From a phage, in the sequence record NC_104726.1: a stretch of 64,000 bases of DNA; one strand, written 5' to 3'. The stretch's first letter is position 1. Each line of letters begins with the position of its first letter. The notes under the pieces were generated by a model. The model made no database searches. It was not told where the DNA came from and worked only from the letters and a program-made list of their open reading frames with translations. The position numbers were made by a program, and so were the translations under genes. Shown one piece after another: positions 37,991 through 47,453 of this stretch.

Positions 37991-40588
37991 TTAAAGGTAC
38001 AATCCACGGTATTGAGCATAAAGGCCCAGACCGCGAAGGATTTCGCCAGAGTGATAGCCAACCGGATCAGAAACTGCCCAGCAGCCGTTTAAAACATTAT
38101 CCCCATTAATGAAGTGGTGCTTTTGCAGTAGCTTCACACAGGCTTCTACAACAATATCTATTTGAGGTATTGTCTCTGAATACCCGCACAGACCTAGCCA
38201 GCAGCAACCTGCAAGCCATTCACCTACCACCCACATCCTGTCTCCTCTGTCCTGATAAGAATATCCCCCAGAGGTGTTAAAGTCTGTAGGTAGATTTCCT
38301 GAATGAGATGACTGGAATCTGTTGAGGAACCATGCCCATTTCTGGCAGAACAGGAACAGTCTTTCATCAACAGGTTCTTTATGTTTCTTGAGCTCATATA
38401 TTGTGCGGCACGCAGCAACAAAAGATCTTGACTGGAGCTTAGAGTTATCTACCATCTCCCACCAACCAGTCAACCCTTCATTACCTCTCTGCCATACATA
38501 ACGTGAGGCAACTGGACCCTCTGTCTTAAATGTATTATTATACCAGACTTGAGCGTCATACAGAAAGCCTATTGTATTTGACAATCTATGGCGATCTATG
38601 TTTTCTGCACCCATGCAGTAGACTGCTGGGTATTGCATGCCTGGGTAGGGCCAATTTGGCCTTTCCTCTAAGAGATAGTTTTCCTTATCTATCACCTTTC
38701 CGGCAGGGAACACACCTGGTGTGTGCCTGTATGCACCTTGCTTGTAGTTTCTGACATAGCAATCACCAACCTTAGCGGTTGATTCTGTCTTGCTTGCCAT
38801 CCATACGCTAAACCAGATTAGATAAGCATCCCTATCTGCAATATAGAATTGCGGCAGTGTGTTGACGCAATATAGATCAAACAAGCCATTACCTATCTGC
38901 CTGTCGCTTAGGCTGAAATCTACAGAGGTGAGTCCCTTAGGATTAGCAAAGAAAGGTTTAATCTCTTCTTCAGTGTGATGAGGTTGTGTCGGATCTAGTT
39001 TGAAATCTCCTAGAGTAAGAGTTTCTGTTATCCATTGTCCATTAGTGGCATATAGATCAGCATACCATAACCACCTGTCTTTGTCAAGAAATTTGACCCT
39101 TACCATCTCATCATCTGATCGATAAGTTACTGAGTTTAAAGAAATCTCTCTTCCAAAATTGAAAGTTACTTTGCCTCTTGCTATATTACAACGGGTGAAG
39201 TTGTCAGAGTGGTTGTAAATGTCAGTATCGTACTGCATACTAACACTGGCACCACCGCTCACGGCAATGTTTTCCTCTTTAGGTAAGAGGTACGGATTAC
39301 CGTCTTTACCAACTACCTCTACGAAATCAGTAACCTTGGCAACTATTTCTGTTACCTCTGCCCCTCCAAAAGGAACCCCTATCCTGTACTGTTTTTTGTT
39401 ATTGTTGCCATCATTAAGGATGAAATGTGGCTGGAACAGAACCCCTTCTCCTCCGAAATTCATAACAATTTCAGCATCTCTGCCTATTTTGTATGTAGTC
39501 CCTTTTTGAATTATTTCGCAAGGCTGGCGTGCGTTCATTCTAAAATTGATATACCCGTCACTGTCCCTACTCATGACAGGAACTGTTCCTGCAACAAGAC
39601 AAGTACCATCTGTGAACGGTGCCTTAATCAACGTGGTCTTTCTAAACAGTTTGTCGTAGGCGTTTATGTCACTGAAATTAAGCAACTTGTTGTAAGACTG
39701 TTTAAACGCGGTGTAATACTTTTCTTCACCTGTCAAGGTGTAGAGTTGATAACAAGCGTCACACCACATTTCTTCCCCGTCCAACTCTGGGGCCTGATTA
39801 TCTGCAACCACGTTTATAGGATTTACAATTACAGGGGATCCAGCAGGTATCACCGATCCACCCTGCTCTTGAGGTAATCTTACACAATAGGTCACCTTGT
39901 GGCTTCCTGTAACACCCTTATCTTGTAATTGGATTGTGCCGAACTCTATAGACGTATGCCCACTGTCGGCTATGCTCCCGTTATCCCAATAGCGGTTACC
40001 ATCCCATGCTATGTACCACTCAACCCACCAACTTAATCCGGATGTTGTCCAATCTGGGTTAGCATCTGTGCCACCGTAAACATCAGAGTCTACAGTGTTT
40101 CTTCCTAACACACCGTTATACGCTTGGAATGCCTTGTCCAGGTATTCCCCCCATGTCGGAGATCCAGCTGGGATTTTTCCTCTACCGTTGGTAAAAGACA
40201 CTACCACATCTTTAAACCCACCGTGTGATGGAACCCCATCTGTGGATAGAGGGTAGTGGGACAATCTTTGCATTTTACTTTCTACGGCATATGCACCCAG
40301 AAGATGACTATTGTAAGCTTCCCAAGCATCTTTTGCCCTATCCAGATAGAAATCGCTTTTCGATGCCCTGTATGCTTCAATGTATCCCAGAATCAACACA
40401 GCTTGGGACTCATGCATTGCCCAATCGTTATTTATCTTATTACCTGCCCACCCTGCAGCTATAAGACCATCAGGGTTTACTAGCTTATTTTGTGTAGGTG
40501 TGTTGGTAATACCTGTGTTGTTATCGAGGCACTTCCTGTGCCCCTCAATCATCTGAAATACGTTATCAATGTTGTGTTGAATACGCAT
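37991..40588 (-). CDS. tail-associated protein, possible alpha/alpha-toroid glycoside hydrolase-like enzyme (865 aa)
   Basis: ATG 40586-40588 with AGGAG upstream, 2 nt after the stop of the adaptor-like gene; Trp/aromatic-rich motifs; fold assignment by impression only. Confidence 0.35.
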   Translation of the reverse strand: MRIQHNIDNVFQMIEGHRKCLDNNTGITNTPTQNKLVNPDGLIAAGWAGNKINNDWAMHESQAVLILGYIEAYRASKSDFYLDRAKDAWEAYNSHLLGAYAVESKMQRLSHYPLSTDGVPSHGGFKDVVVSFTNGRGKIPAGSPTWGEYLDKAFQAYNGVLGRNTVDSDVYGGTDANPDWTTSGLSWWVEWYIAWDGNRYWDNGSIADSGHTSIEFGTIQLQDKGVTGSHKVTYCVRLPQEQGGSVIPAGSPVIVNPINVVADNQAPELDGEEMWCDACYQLYTLTGEEKYYTAFKQSYNKLLNFSDINAYDKLFRKTTLIKAPFTDGTCLVAGTVPVMSRDSDGYINFRMNARQPCEIIQKGTTYKIGRDAEIVMNFGGEGVLFQPHFILNDGNNNKKQYRIGVPFGGAEVTEIVAKVTDFVEVVGKDGNPYLLPKEENIAVSGGASVSMQYDTDIYNHSDNFTRCNIARGKVTFNFGREISLNSVTYRSDDEMVRVKFLDKDRWLWYADLYATNGQWITETLTLGDFKLDPTQPHHTEEEIKPFFANPKGLTSVDFSLSDRQIGNGLFDLYCVNTLPQFYIADRDAYLIWFSVWMASKTESTAKVGDCYVRNYKQGAYRHTPGVFPAGKVIDKENYLLEERPNWPYPGMQYPAVYCMGAENIDRHRLSNTIGFLYDAQVWYNNTFKTEGPVASRYVWQRGNEGLTGWWEMVDNSKLQSRSFVAACRTIYELKKHKEPVDERLFLFCQKWAWFLNRFQSSHSGNLPTDFNTSGGYSYQDRGDRMWVVGEWLAGCCWLGLCGYSETIPQIDIVVEACVKLLQKHHFINGDNVLNGCWAVSDPVGYHSGEILRGLGLYAQYRGLYL

Positions 40589-40589
40589 C

Positions 40590-41258
40590 TTAGATAGCTC
40601 CTGCGATAATCAGTGCCCCGTACCAAGTTAACCCGTTGTCGTAGGTTTCCAACTTGAAAATGTCTGTTGCACCAGCTGTAAATGTTAGGATAGGATCTCT
40701 TCCGTAGGACCATTTAACATTACCAGGCCAATAGACTTTGTTGCCGCCAGAGGTCTGAGTAATGCATACGGTTATAGTTCTCGCCACCCCTTCAAGACCT
40801 TCTGTTTGATTTTCAAAAGAGATTGTGGTATTTGAAGTTAGTCGAACCTTAAAGGTATCCGCAACTTCAAGATCCATATCAAGCTGACCACCGATAGATC
40901 CGTAATCAACTATTCTGCCAGAAGAAGTTGCAGCAAGCTCACCAAAAACAGACCAGGCGTTTGCAGACACACCCCCAGCACCCTCTACAGTGGAGTCTGG
41001 GAGGATTATTTTAGGATAATCCCCGTTCCACGTGTAGTAGCGCTTAGTTTCTGGATCATAAGCAAAGTCCTTCTTGCTCTTAAGATAACCACCCTCTGTG
41101 AAATAGACTATTTTAGTAATGCTGAGATCGTTGACAACATCATCAATCTTAGCCTTTCTTGTCCCATCAGTCTGGTTGACAACCAAGAAGTCATCACTCA
41201 GGACTGTTTCTGCATCTTCAAGATCTGGAATTGGTATTGTAGGATAAGCTACAGCCAT
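40590..41258 (-). CDS. tailspike N-terminal (particle-attachment-like) domain protein, 222 aa
   Basis: N-terminus IPDLEDAETVLSDDFLVVNQTDGTRKAKIDDVV parallels the N-terminus of tailspike 34137-37955. Confidence 0.45.
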   Translation of the reverse strand: MAVAYPTIPIPDLEDAETVLSDDFLVVNQTDGTRKAKIDDVVNDLSITKIVYFTEGGYLKSKKDFAYDPETKRYYTWNGDYPKIILPDSTVEGAGGVSANAWSVFGELAATSSGRIVDYGSIGGQLDMDLEVADTFKVRLTSNTTISFENQTEGLEGVARTITVCITQTSGGNKVYWPGNVKWSYGRDPILTFTAGATDIFKLETYDNGLTWYGALIIAGAI

Positions 41259-41267
41259 GATTTCTCC

Positions 41268-41984
41268 TTAGTTAACATCAATAGCACGACCAGACTGGTT
41301 GGCAATAGCCTCATCATTGGAGGTAGCAATAACACCAGAGTATTCGCGCTCATCTGGAGCAAGCGTCCAGGTATTGCGGTTAATGGTTTGTTCTGCCTCA
41401 GTCATCAGCAGATCTTTATCCTGAGTCAACAGAGAGCCTACAGGGATCGGGTTTTCCATCTCAGGACCAGCATACTGGTTCCACCATGTGGCATCTCCGG
41501 TTCTAGGCAATCTGAAGTTGATCAGGTAGTACAGTTTATTAGCCCACTTAATCCAACCCTCATCATCACAGAGAGAGGTTGTCCCAGAATCAGGTTGTGG
41601 GTAGGTAAACTGATCAAGACCTACGAAAGCCAGCCTTACAATCTCGTTCTCTTTGGTAACAACCTCAAAGAACGCTTGGTATGTTCTCGATCTTCGATCC
41701 ATGGTAGACTGGAAGTTTACGATGTTTAGCACATCCGGCTCTTGTCTTGCCACTTCCATAATCTTGTTATCAAGAACAGTCTTCATGACCTTCTTACTGA
41801 GAAAGTCCATATAAGGGAAGCCAAACAACTCGTCAAAGTACCAGCTCCCCTTCCACGTATTAAACCTCATCCACAAGCGCTGGCGCAGACTTACCTGGTT
41901 TGAATCTATCAACTCAAGACCTTTGTCTATCGCCAAATCGCCTGTCTGTGGGTCCATCAATATATCACTATAAAGCGTAGCCAT
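41268..41984 (-). CDS. baseplate wedge protein (gp25/W-like)
   Basis: Motif SLRQRLWMRFNTWKGSWYFDELFGFPY; lies between the spike-like and J-like genes. Confidence 0.4.
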   Translation of the reverse strand: MATLYSDILMDPQTGDLAIDKGLELIDSNQVSLRQRLWMRFNTWKGSWYFDELFGFPYMDFLSKKVMKTVLDNKIMEVARQEPDVLNIVNFQSTMDRRSRTYQAFFEVVTKENEIVRLAFVGLDQFTYPQPDSGTTSLCDDEGWIKWANKLYYLINFRLPRTGDATWWNQYAGPEMENPIPVGSLLTQDKDLLMTEAEQTINRNTWTLAPDEREYSGVIATSNDEAIANQSGRAIDVN

Positions 41985-41996
41985 GAAAGCCCTCTA

Positions 41997-42674
41997 TTAG
42001 TGCGGTCCACTTGTCTCGCCATCAGGGCAAGAGTGGGTATGACCTTTATATTCTGCATAGAATGAATCCAAATCCACACCAGCAGCAGTTATAATTCTAC
42101 CAGATGGGTCTATTGTGGCACCATTCATTCTGATATTTCCATCCACAGCAGCTCGCAAATTGGCAGCCCCGTTAGTAAAAGAGAACTCCCCGCTGCTGTC
42201 GCACCGTAGTGTTCCACCCGGTGTCTGAAGCTCAAAATCGCCAGAAGGTGTCAGTTTAAAATAAACCCTATCATTCCATAACTCTACGTTATCAGGATCG
42301 ATCTGTAAAGCGTTTGAGTCTGAATGAACGGAGGTGATTGCCCACCCTGGAAACAGGCCGTGAGTTTGTTGATCGTCGTTATTGTTTTCATTCCTCTCTG
42401 AAAACTGCAATCCTACAACATCTCCGGCCTTAATAGGAAGTGTTAACCTTGCCTTTCCGCTGTTTGCAGACATTACCTGAATTGGAACGTCATAGATAAG
42501 AGGGTATCTCTCCACATCTCCGTCATCAAACGTGGTTTCAGCTATTGGCTGCACGGCTGCAGAAGGGATACTGTAGTCTACACTGACAACTCTGGCCCTG
42601 ATACTGGTGTGGTAGTCCCTCATTATTTTTTCTATAAAGGATCTTACAGCAGCATCTTTCCTATTTATTGCCAT
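41997..42674 (-). CDS. baseplate central spike protein (P2 V-like)
   Basis: C-terminus YKGHTHSCPDGETSGPH resembles the P2 V C-terminal tip motif. Confidence 0.5.
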   Translation of the reverse strand: MAINRKDAAVRSFIEKIMRDYHTSIRARVVSVDYSIPSAAVQPIAETTFDDGDVERYPLIYDVPIQVMSANSGKARLTLPIKAGDVVGLQFSERNENNNDDQQTHGLFPGWAITSVHSDSNALQIDPDNVELWNDRVYFKLTPSGDFELQTPGGTLRCDSSGEFSFTNGAANLRAAVDGNIRMNGATIDPSGRIITAAGVDLDSFYAEYKGHTHSCPDGETSGPH

Positions 42675-43678
42675 TATACCTCCTCAGTTTTGTCAACAAC
42701 TCCACCCACTGTTTCCCCAAGGCCAAGCTCTGTAGTGTAATCACCACCTTCTATGGTGCCCTTATGATGTACCGTGATCACCTTATAGAAGCCTGTATAT
42801 TGCTTGCTTTTAAGATAAATAGTGGACTCTGGGAGGATAGCTCCGTTAAGGCATGTGGTTACAGTAAGGCCAACATCCTCTCTCGGGTTTTTCTTTTTCT
42901 TTTTAGATGTCGAACCACCTTTGGCAGCAGCTTTAGCTTTTCGTTTTTTAGCAGGTTCTGGGTTTTTAGGGGTAGGAGATCCGTGCATCCCAGACTCTGC
43001 ACTTATTTCAAACACAGAGTCTTTGAACCTTTTCCCAACCTTGGTCCAATACAAAGCCCCATCCTGAACGCTAAATGTTGAGTTGGTCAGCCTTGCAAAC
43101 CTGCGGAGGTTCTCTGCAGTGTTTCCAGAGAAAGCCATAGAGTATTGTAGAGTCTGGTTTCCAAAACCCACAACCCTACCTTTTGGCAAGTTCATATCCT
43201 TCAGTAGGTCATTAAGCACAGAGTTCAGAGGTGTGCCTTTCTGATAAGATCTTGTGCTTTGGCACTTAATGATGTTCTCAGTGCCATCCCCAAAGATGAA
43301 CTTAGTTTTTCTGGTCGGACCTTCCCACCTGTCTTCAACAAACTCCACAGTTCCGGAGAATATCAACTGGTTCTCATTATCATAGCCAGCTTCAAACATA
43401 ACTGCAAGGGCATCAGCCTGATGCATATCCAGATAGTTAACTGTATCGTCAGACAGGTTGTAAACTGTCACATAACCTTTGTTTGGCTCTTTGGTATTGT
43501 CCTTTTGTATGTCAAACTCTATATTGGCAGCACCAGTGTCTGAGCTAACTTCATAAACTCCGGAATCACTCTCCCCTTTCTTTTCAACAGATTTTGGGAT
43601 ATTGGTTTTTGATTTACCGCCATGTTCTACAGGACGACCAAACAATAATCGCCATGTTCTACGTCTGTACTCTGCCAT
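42674..43678 (-). CDS. baseplate hub-like structural protein (334 aa)
   Basis: Position between tape measure and spike genes; Lys-rich segment KKRKAKAAAKGGSTSKKKKK. Confidence 0.35.
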   Translation of the reverse strand: MAEYRRRTWRLLFGRPVEHGGKSKTNIPKSVEKKGESDSGVYEVSSDTGAANIEFDIQKDNTKEPNKGYVTVYNLSDDTVNYLDMHQADALAVMFEAGYDNENQLIFSGTVEFVEDRWEGPTRKTKFIFGDGTENIIKCQSTRSYQKGTPLNSVLNDLLKDMNLPKGRVVGFGNQTLQYSMAFSGNTAENLRRFARLTNSTFSVQDGALYWTKVGKRFKDSVFEISAESGMHGSPTPKNPEPAKKRKAKAAAKGGSTSKKKKKNPREDVGLTVTTCLNGAILPESTIYLKSKQYTGFYKVITVHHKGTIEGGDYTTELGLGETVGGVVDKTEEV

Positions 43679-44058
43679 TATTCTAACCCTTGCTGTTCCT
43701 TGTAAAGATCAACCGGGGTGCCGTATACAAGTTGTAGCTCAGATCTCGCCCCAAGGTTATATCTTCCAACCCTACCCCAATATTGATCGTCTTTAAACGA
43801 CAGCGCCATCAGTCTACCTTTCGGTAAATCATCTCTGTAATGCAGTCCGTCTAAAATATCTTGACAAGCTGTTACTTTTCTGGTTACTAAAGGGCTGTCA
43901 CCTACTGGACCAAGAGATAACCACCAGGACTCATCCCTCTCATTCCATTGCATACGCATTTCATACGTTTCATTGTCTAAAACAACACGCATGGTTTGAT
44001 CAGGAAAGCCGTCAATGTCCCACACAAAGGTGATTATGCACCAATCTTTAAGCTCCAT
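43678..44058 (-). CDS. tail/baseplate structural protein (126 aa)
   Basis: Operon context only. Confidence 0.35.
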   Translation of the reverse strand: MELKDWCIITFVWDIDGFPDQTMRVVLDNETYEMRMQWNERDESWWLSLGPVGDSPLVTRKVTACQDILDGLHYRDDLPKGRLMALSFKDDQYWGRVGRYNLGARSELQLVYGTPVDLYKEQQGLE

Positions 44059-44070
44059 TATACGCTCCCC

Positions 44071-44982
44071 TTATTTCCCGTTAACTTTGTTGTAGTTCCC
44101 CTGCTCAGATGGGACTATGGTAGAAGGTCTTCCATATTCCTGATAATACCAATCCGCAGCCGATTGGGTAACACCGTTTTCATCTGTCCACATCATGGAT
44201 TTGTATGGCTGCCACTCCTCTGCAGCATTTGTGGATGCAGTGTCTGCGAATGCTCCTGTGTCCCTCTTGTTACCTACGTTACTACCATTCTTACAGTCGT
44301 TGACAGCACCTTTTTGCTGGGTTTTGCCTACTTTCTTAGGATTGCTGTATACAGTTGCATTAACAACCTTATTCAAGTAGAATGTGCGGAACTCTGTAAG
44401 TTCTACATCAAACACCATTGCAGCGCCTTCACCAACAGACTTGTTGGCAGAAAGACTGGTTATGATGTAGTTCTCAAGAAGTCTCTCCTCGGTAACCAAA
44501 GAAACCAACTGTCGTTTATTGATAATCTCAGTCAAAGCCTCCAATGCAGCGCCTGGTCGCATAGATGCTGCAGGGTTTTTAGAGTCAGTATTCCTGTCGA
44601 TGTAGTTTTGCTCATAGATTATGTGTGGGGACGTATTTACCCTACCAGTAAAAGAAAACACACCATCTTTAATTACAGCGTGGTCTGACAGGGTAGATTT
44701 ATCTTCCACCGCAAACCCAGTCTTATCAACAGAATGTTTGAAAGAGTAATTCTCAACCTGATCGAAGATAATGGCAAGATCGTTAGTAAAGTTTTTACCC
44801 TTCATCTCCGTATTGCGACCACCATAGTTAAGACCGCTGACAAACATAGTGTACTTTACATCGCTTTCAGTTTGCTGCTCTGCCTTTTCAGCCTTTGGAG
44901 ATTTAACCTCTTGAGGCTTGTACAGGTCTTTTTCATCAACTATATTGCTTGGCATAACCTCTCCAGGACACTCCGATACCAT
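44071..44982 (-). CDS. tail structural protein following the tape measure gene (303 aa; alternative start at 44955)
   Basis: ATG at 44982 lacks a ribosome-binding site; ATG at 44953-44955 has GGAGAGG upstream. Confidence 0.4.
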   Translation of the reverse strand: MVSECPGEVMPSNIVDEKDLYKPQEVKSPKAEKAEQQTESDVKYTMFVSGLNYGGRNTEMKGKNFTNDLAIIFDQVENYSFKHSVDKTGFAVEDKSTLSDHAVIKDGVFSFTGRVNTSPHIIYEQNYIDRNTDSKNPAASMRPGAALEALTEIINKRQLVSLVTEERLLENYIITSLSANKSVGEGAAMVFDVELTEFRTFYLNKVVNATVYSNPKKVGKTQQKGAVNDCKNGSNVGNKRDTGAFADTASTNAAEEWQPYKSMMWTDENGVTQSAADWYYQEYGRPSTIVPSEQGNYNKVNGK

Positions 44983-45032
44983 CTAGATATTGTATCATAA
45001 AATAGCCGTTTTTACAACACCGATAAAATAAA

Positions 45033-45048
45033 GGGGGCCGGAGCCCCC
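45033..45048 (-). terminator. hairpin GGGGGC-CGGA-GCCCCC downstream of the tape measure gene
   Basis: Minus strand continues TTTATTTTATC; possible attenuator between tape measure and baseplate genes. Confidence 0.4.
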
Positions 45049-45059
45049 TGCACAGTTTA

Positions 45060-47399
45060 TTACCAAAGGTCGGTAGACATGAAGTTGATATCTTTATTGT
45101 TCTCCCACTCAAGTTTTGCATCAAATATTTTGTTAAACTCACCCTCATCTATTGAAATCGTGATTTTCCCATCACTGATCTCTAAAGGTAGCATTTCCAT
45201 AGTTCTTAATTGAGAAGCAAAACCAGGACCACCTGGCAACGGAAGAGTCCCGCCCGGTAAGGTGTCCAAAGGATTGACAAACCCGTTACCACCCGATATG
45301 ATATCTTTGCGAATCATATCGCTGATAGTATCCAACTGCTGATTTCTTTCACTTAGTGGGTTGAAACGGTCATTAAATAATTCCCCGGCACTCAGTATTG
45401 TACCGATAATGCCCAGCTTACCGAGAAGACCAACTTTGCCACCAGGTGTCTTGAGGCCACCTCCCCCTTTTCCTGCCGGAGCGCCACCACCACCAGATCC
45501 TTCTGTAGTAGCTGCACCTGCTACTCCAGCCGCCCCCCTTAGAGAGCTAAGGAATTTAAAGGTTTTTACAAGCATGGATGCCATGACAAAACCTTTTGTT
45601 AGGGCGTTCACTACCAGCATGATGGCAGCAGCAAACCCTGCCCATTTAGCATAGCTAAAGGTGTCATGAAGCTCTTCAGAATATTCCTTCGTCTTAGCTG
45701 TTATGAATCCCCATTTGATTCCCCATTCAAGGAAAAACATACGGATCTTGACTATAGTGTTGTTTAGTTCACCAACTACCCAGTTAAGACCTCTCACAAA
45801 CCCGCTAACAAAATCACCAGATGCATCCCACACAAATTGCAGAGTCTCACCAGTGCGGATCAGTGTATAATAGAACTCTGTTAGTTCGTCAGACCAACGG
45901 GTGAACAGTTTCTGACGAGTCAGTTCGATGAAGGTTTTCAGTCTGTTTTCTGCCAGCACGTTAGACTTCTGCATTCTTTCATAACCAGCTGCAGATGCCT
46001 CGTTCATGTACTTAGCCACATACTTCATGATCTTGGCTGTTTTAACCTCACCTTTCTTCATCATGTCCATGAACTGATCCATGGAGAGTTCAGAAAGACC
46101 AAAAGCCTCTTTGGTAGCCTTGATAAAAGGTTCGTATGCACCAGGTAATGCTTCAGCAAGTTGTTGCTTCAGTTCTTCGGACATTACTTGCCCTTTACCG
46201 AGCATCTGTTGGATTGCCATAATACCGCGCTGGTATTTTACCTCATCAGCACCATAAGCAGCAGCATACTGGGAGTATGCAGAAAACAGCTCATGCACTT
46301 CCTGATTTGTCATCTGGTTTTTGGCGTTTACCGACATCTGGGCGTAACCTTGAAGACCAGATTTGAGATCAAAACCAAGACGCATAGCCTCTTGCTGGAC
46401 AAACGCAACCTCACTGTTGGCTTTGTTTGGATCTCCAGTAACAGCAGTAAGAGCAGCACTTGCCCCCTCCATCATGTGACCGGATCTGTTAACCGCAGCA
46501 AATCCAGAAAAAGCTGTATACGCAGCTGTTGCATTAATAACAGATCTACGTAAGTCTCTCATGGCATCGCCTAGTGTAAGCGTTTGGCTGGTGGCACTTT
46601 TAAATCCAGACTGCAGCGCTGACAGGTGGGCGTTAAAGGTTGACTTTTTCATCTCCCCGCGAGCAAACCTAGACTCTAACTCTGAGTATCCTGGCAAGCT
46701 TCCACGGAATCCGGCCCCATACTTGGCAGAAAGTCTTATCGCGGAGTTGTAGAGGTGGGTTCTTCTTGCCTCACGATCCGACATAAGCCTATTATCCATA
46801 CCAGCTTTACTGTCTCTTCTTAGCTGTCTATGATAACGATTCATAGCGGCTGTCTGAGCTTTCACAAGGTTAGGGTCGGAAGCCACACCACCCATATTAG
46901 GGTTACCGGGGATATATTTGAAAGATTTGGCATTAGCCAAAACTCTTGCCTTAGGTGCCTTATAACCACCGTAAGACACTGGTGCAGATTTGGCAGCCTT
47001 TTTGGCCTCTTTAGCTTGCTGCTGGTAGAACTTACGCATCCTAGCCATTTCTGGATTTTTAGCGGTAAGATTACCTACAGCTTGTTTACGTCTCGCATTC
47101 TCCCTACGTTCTATTGCAGCCCTTACTGCAGCCTCTTTCTTGGCCTGCGCTACGCTCTCCCTATGCAGCTTAGCATTTGCCTGAGATTGCTGTCTGGCAA
47201 CCCGCTGCATTGTCTGCTGGGTTTTAACAGCTACCGCCTGCCATCTACTCATGGGGTTGGCTGAGTTAAAATCTTCGCCCAGTTTCCTGAACTCTCTCCC
47301 AATACTGCGAATTTTCTCTACAGCTTTTTTGTAGGAGGAGTTCTCTATCTCAAAGCCAATCTTGTTGACTGTTGTGGCAACTATTTTGTTTGTAGCCAT
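45060..47399 (-). CDS. tail tape measure protein (779 aa)
   Basis: Long Ala/Lys/Gln-rich helical protein with C-terminal Gly-rich region; follows the chaperone genes; ATG with GAGGAAA upstream. Confidence 0.75.
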   Translation of the reverse strand: MATNKIVATTVNKIGFEIENSSYKKAVEKIRSIGREFRKLGEDFNSANPMSRWQAVAVKTQQTMQRVARQQSQANAKLHRESVAQAKKEAAVRAAIERRENARRKQAVGNLTAKNPEMARMRKFYQQQAKEAKKAAKSAPVSYGGYKAPKARVLANAKSFKYIPGNPNMGGVASDPNLVKAQTAAMNRYHRQLRRDSKAGMDNRLMSDREARRTHLYNSAIRLSAKYGAGFRGSLPGYSELESRFARGEMKKSTFNAHLSALQSGFKSATSQTLTLGDAMRDLRRSVINATAAYTAFSGFAAVNRSGHMMEGASAALTAVTGDPNKANSEVAFVQQEAMRLGFDLKSGLQGYAQMSVNAKNQMTNQEVHELFSAYSQYAAAYGADEVKYQRGIMAIQQMLGKGQVMSEELKQQLAEALPGAYEPFIKATKEAFGLSELSMDQFMDMMKKGEVKTAKIMKYVAKYMNEASAAGYERMQKSNVLAENRLKTFIELTRQKLFTRWSDELTEFYYTLIRTGETLQFVWDASGDFVSGFVRGLNWVVGELNNTIVKIRMFFLEWGIKWGFITAKTKEYSEELHDTFSYAKWAGFAAAIMLVVNALTKGFVMASMLVKTFKFLSSLRGAAGVAGAATTEGSGGGGAPAGKGGGGLKTPGGKVGLLGKLGIIGTILSAGELFNDRFNPLSERNQQLDTISDMIRKDIISGGNGFVNPLDTLPGGTLPLPGGPGFASQLRTMEMLPLEISDGKITISIDEGEFNKIFDAKLEWENNKDINFMSTDLW

Positions 47400-47453
47400 G
47401 GTTTCCTCATAATAAAAAGGGCCAGATCCCAGAAAAGGAATCCGGCCCTTAGA

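Noticed and set aside
43996-44688. 230-aa plus-strand ORF across the baseplate region
   Set aside because: Antisense to two minus-strand structural genes; Cys/Val/Phe-rich low-complexity translation.
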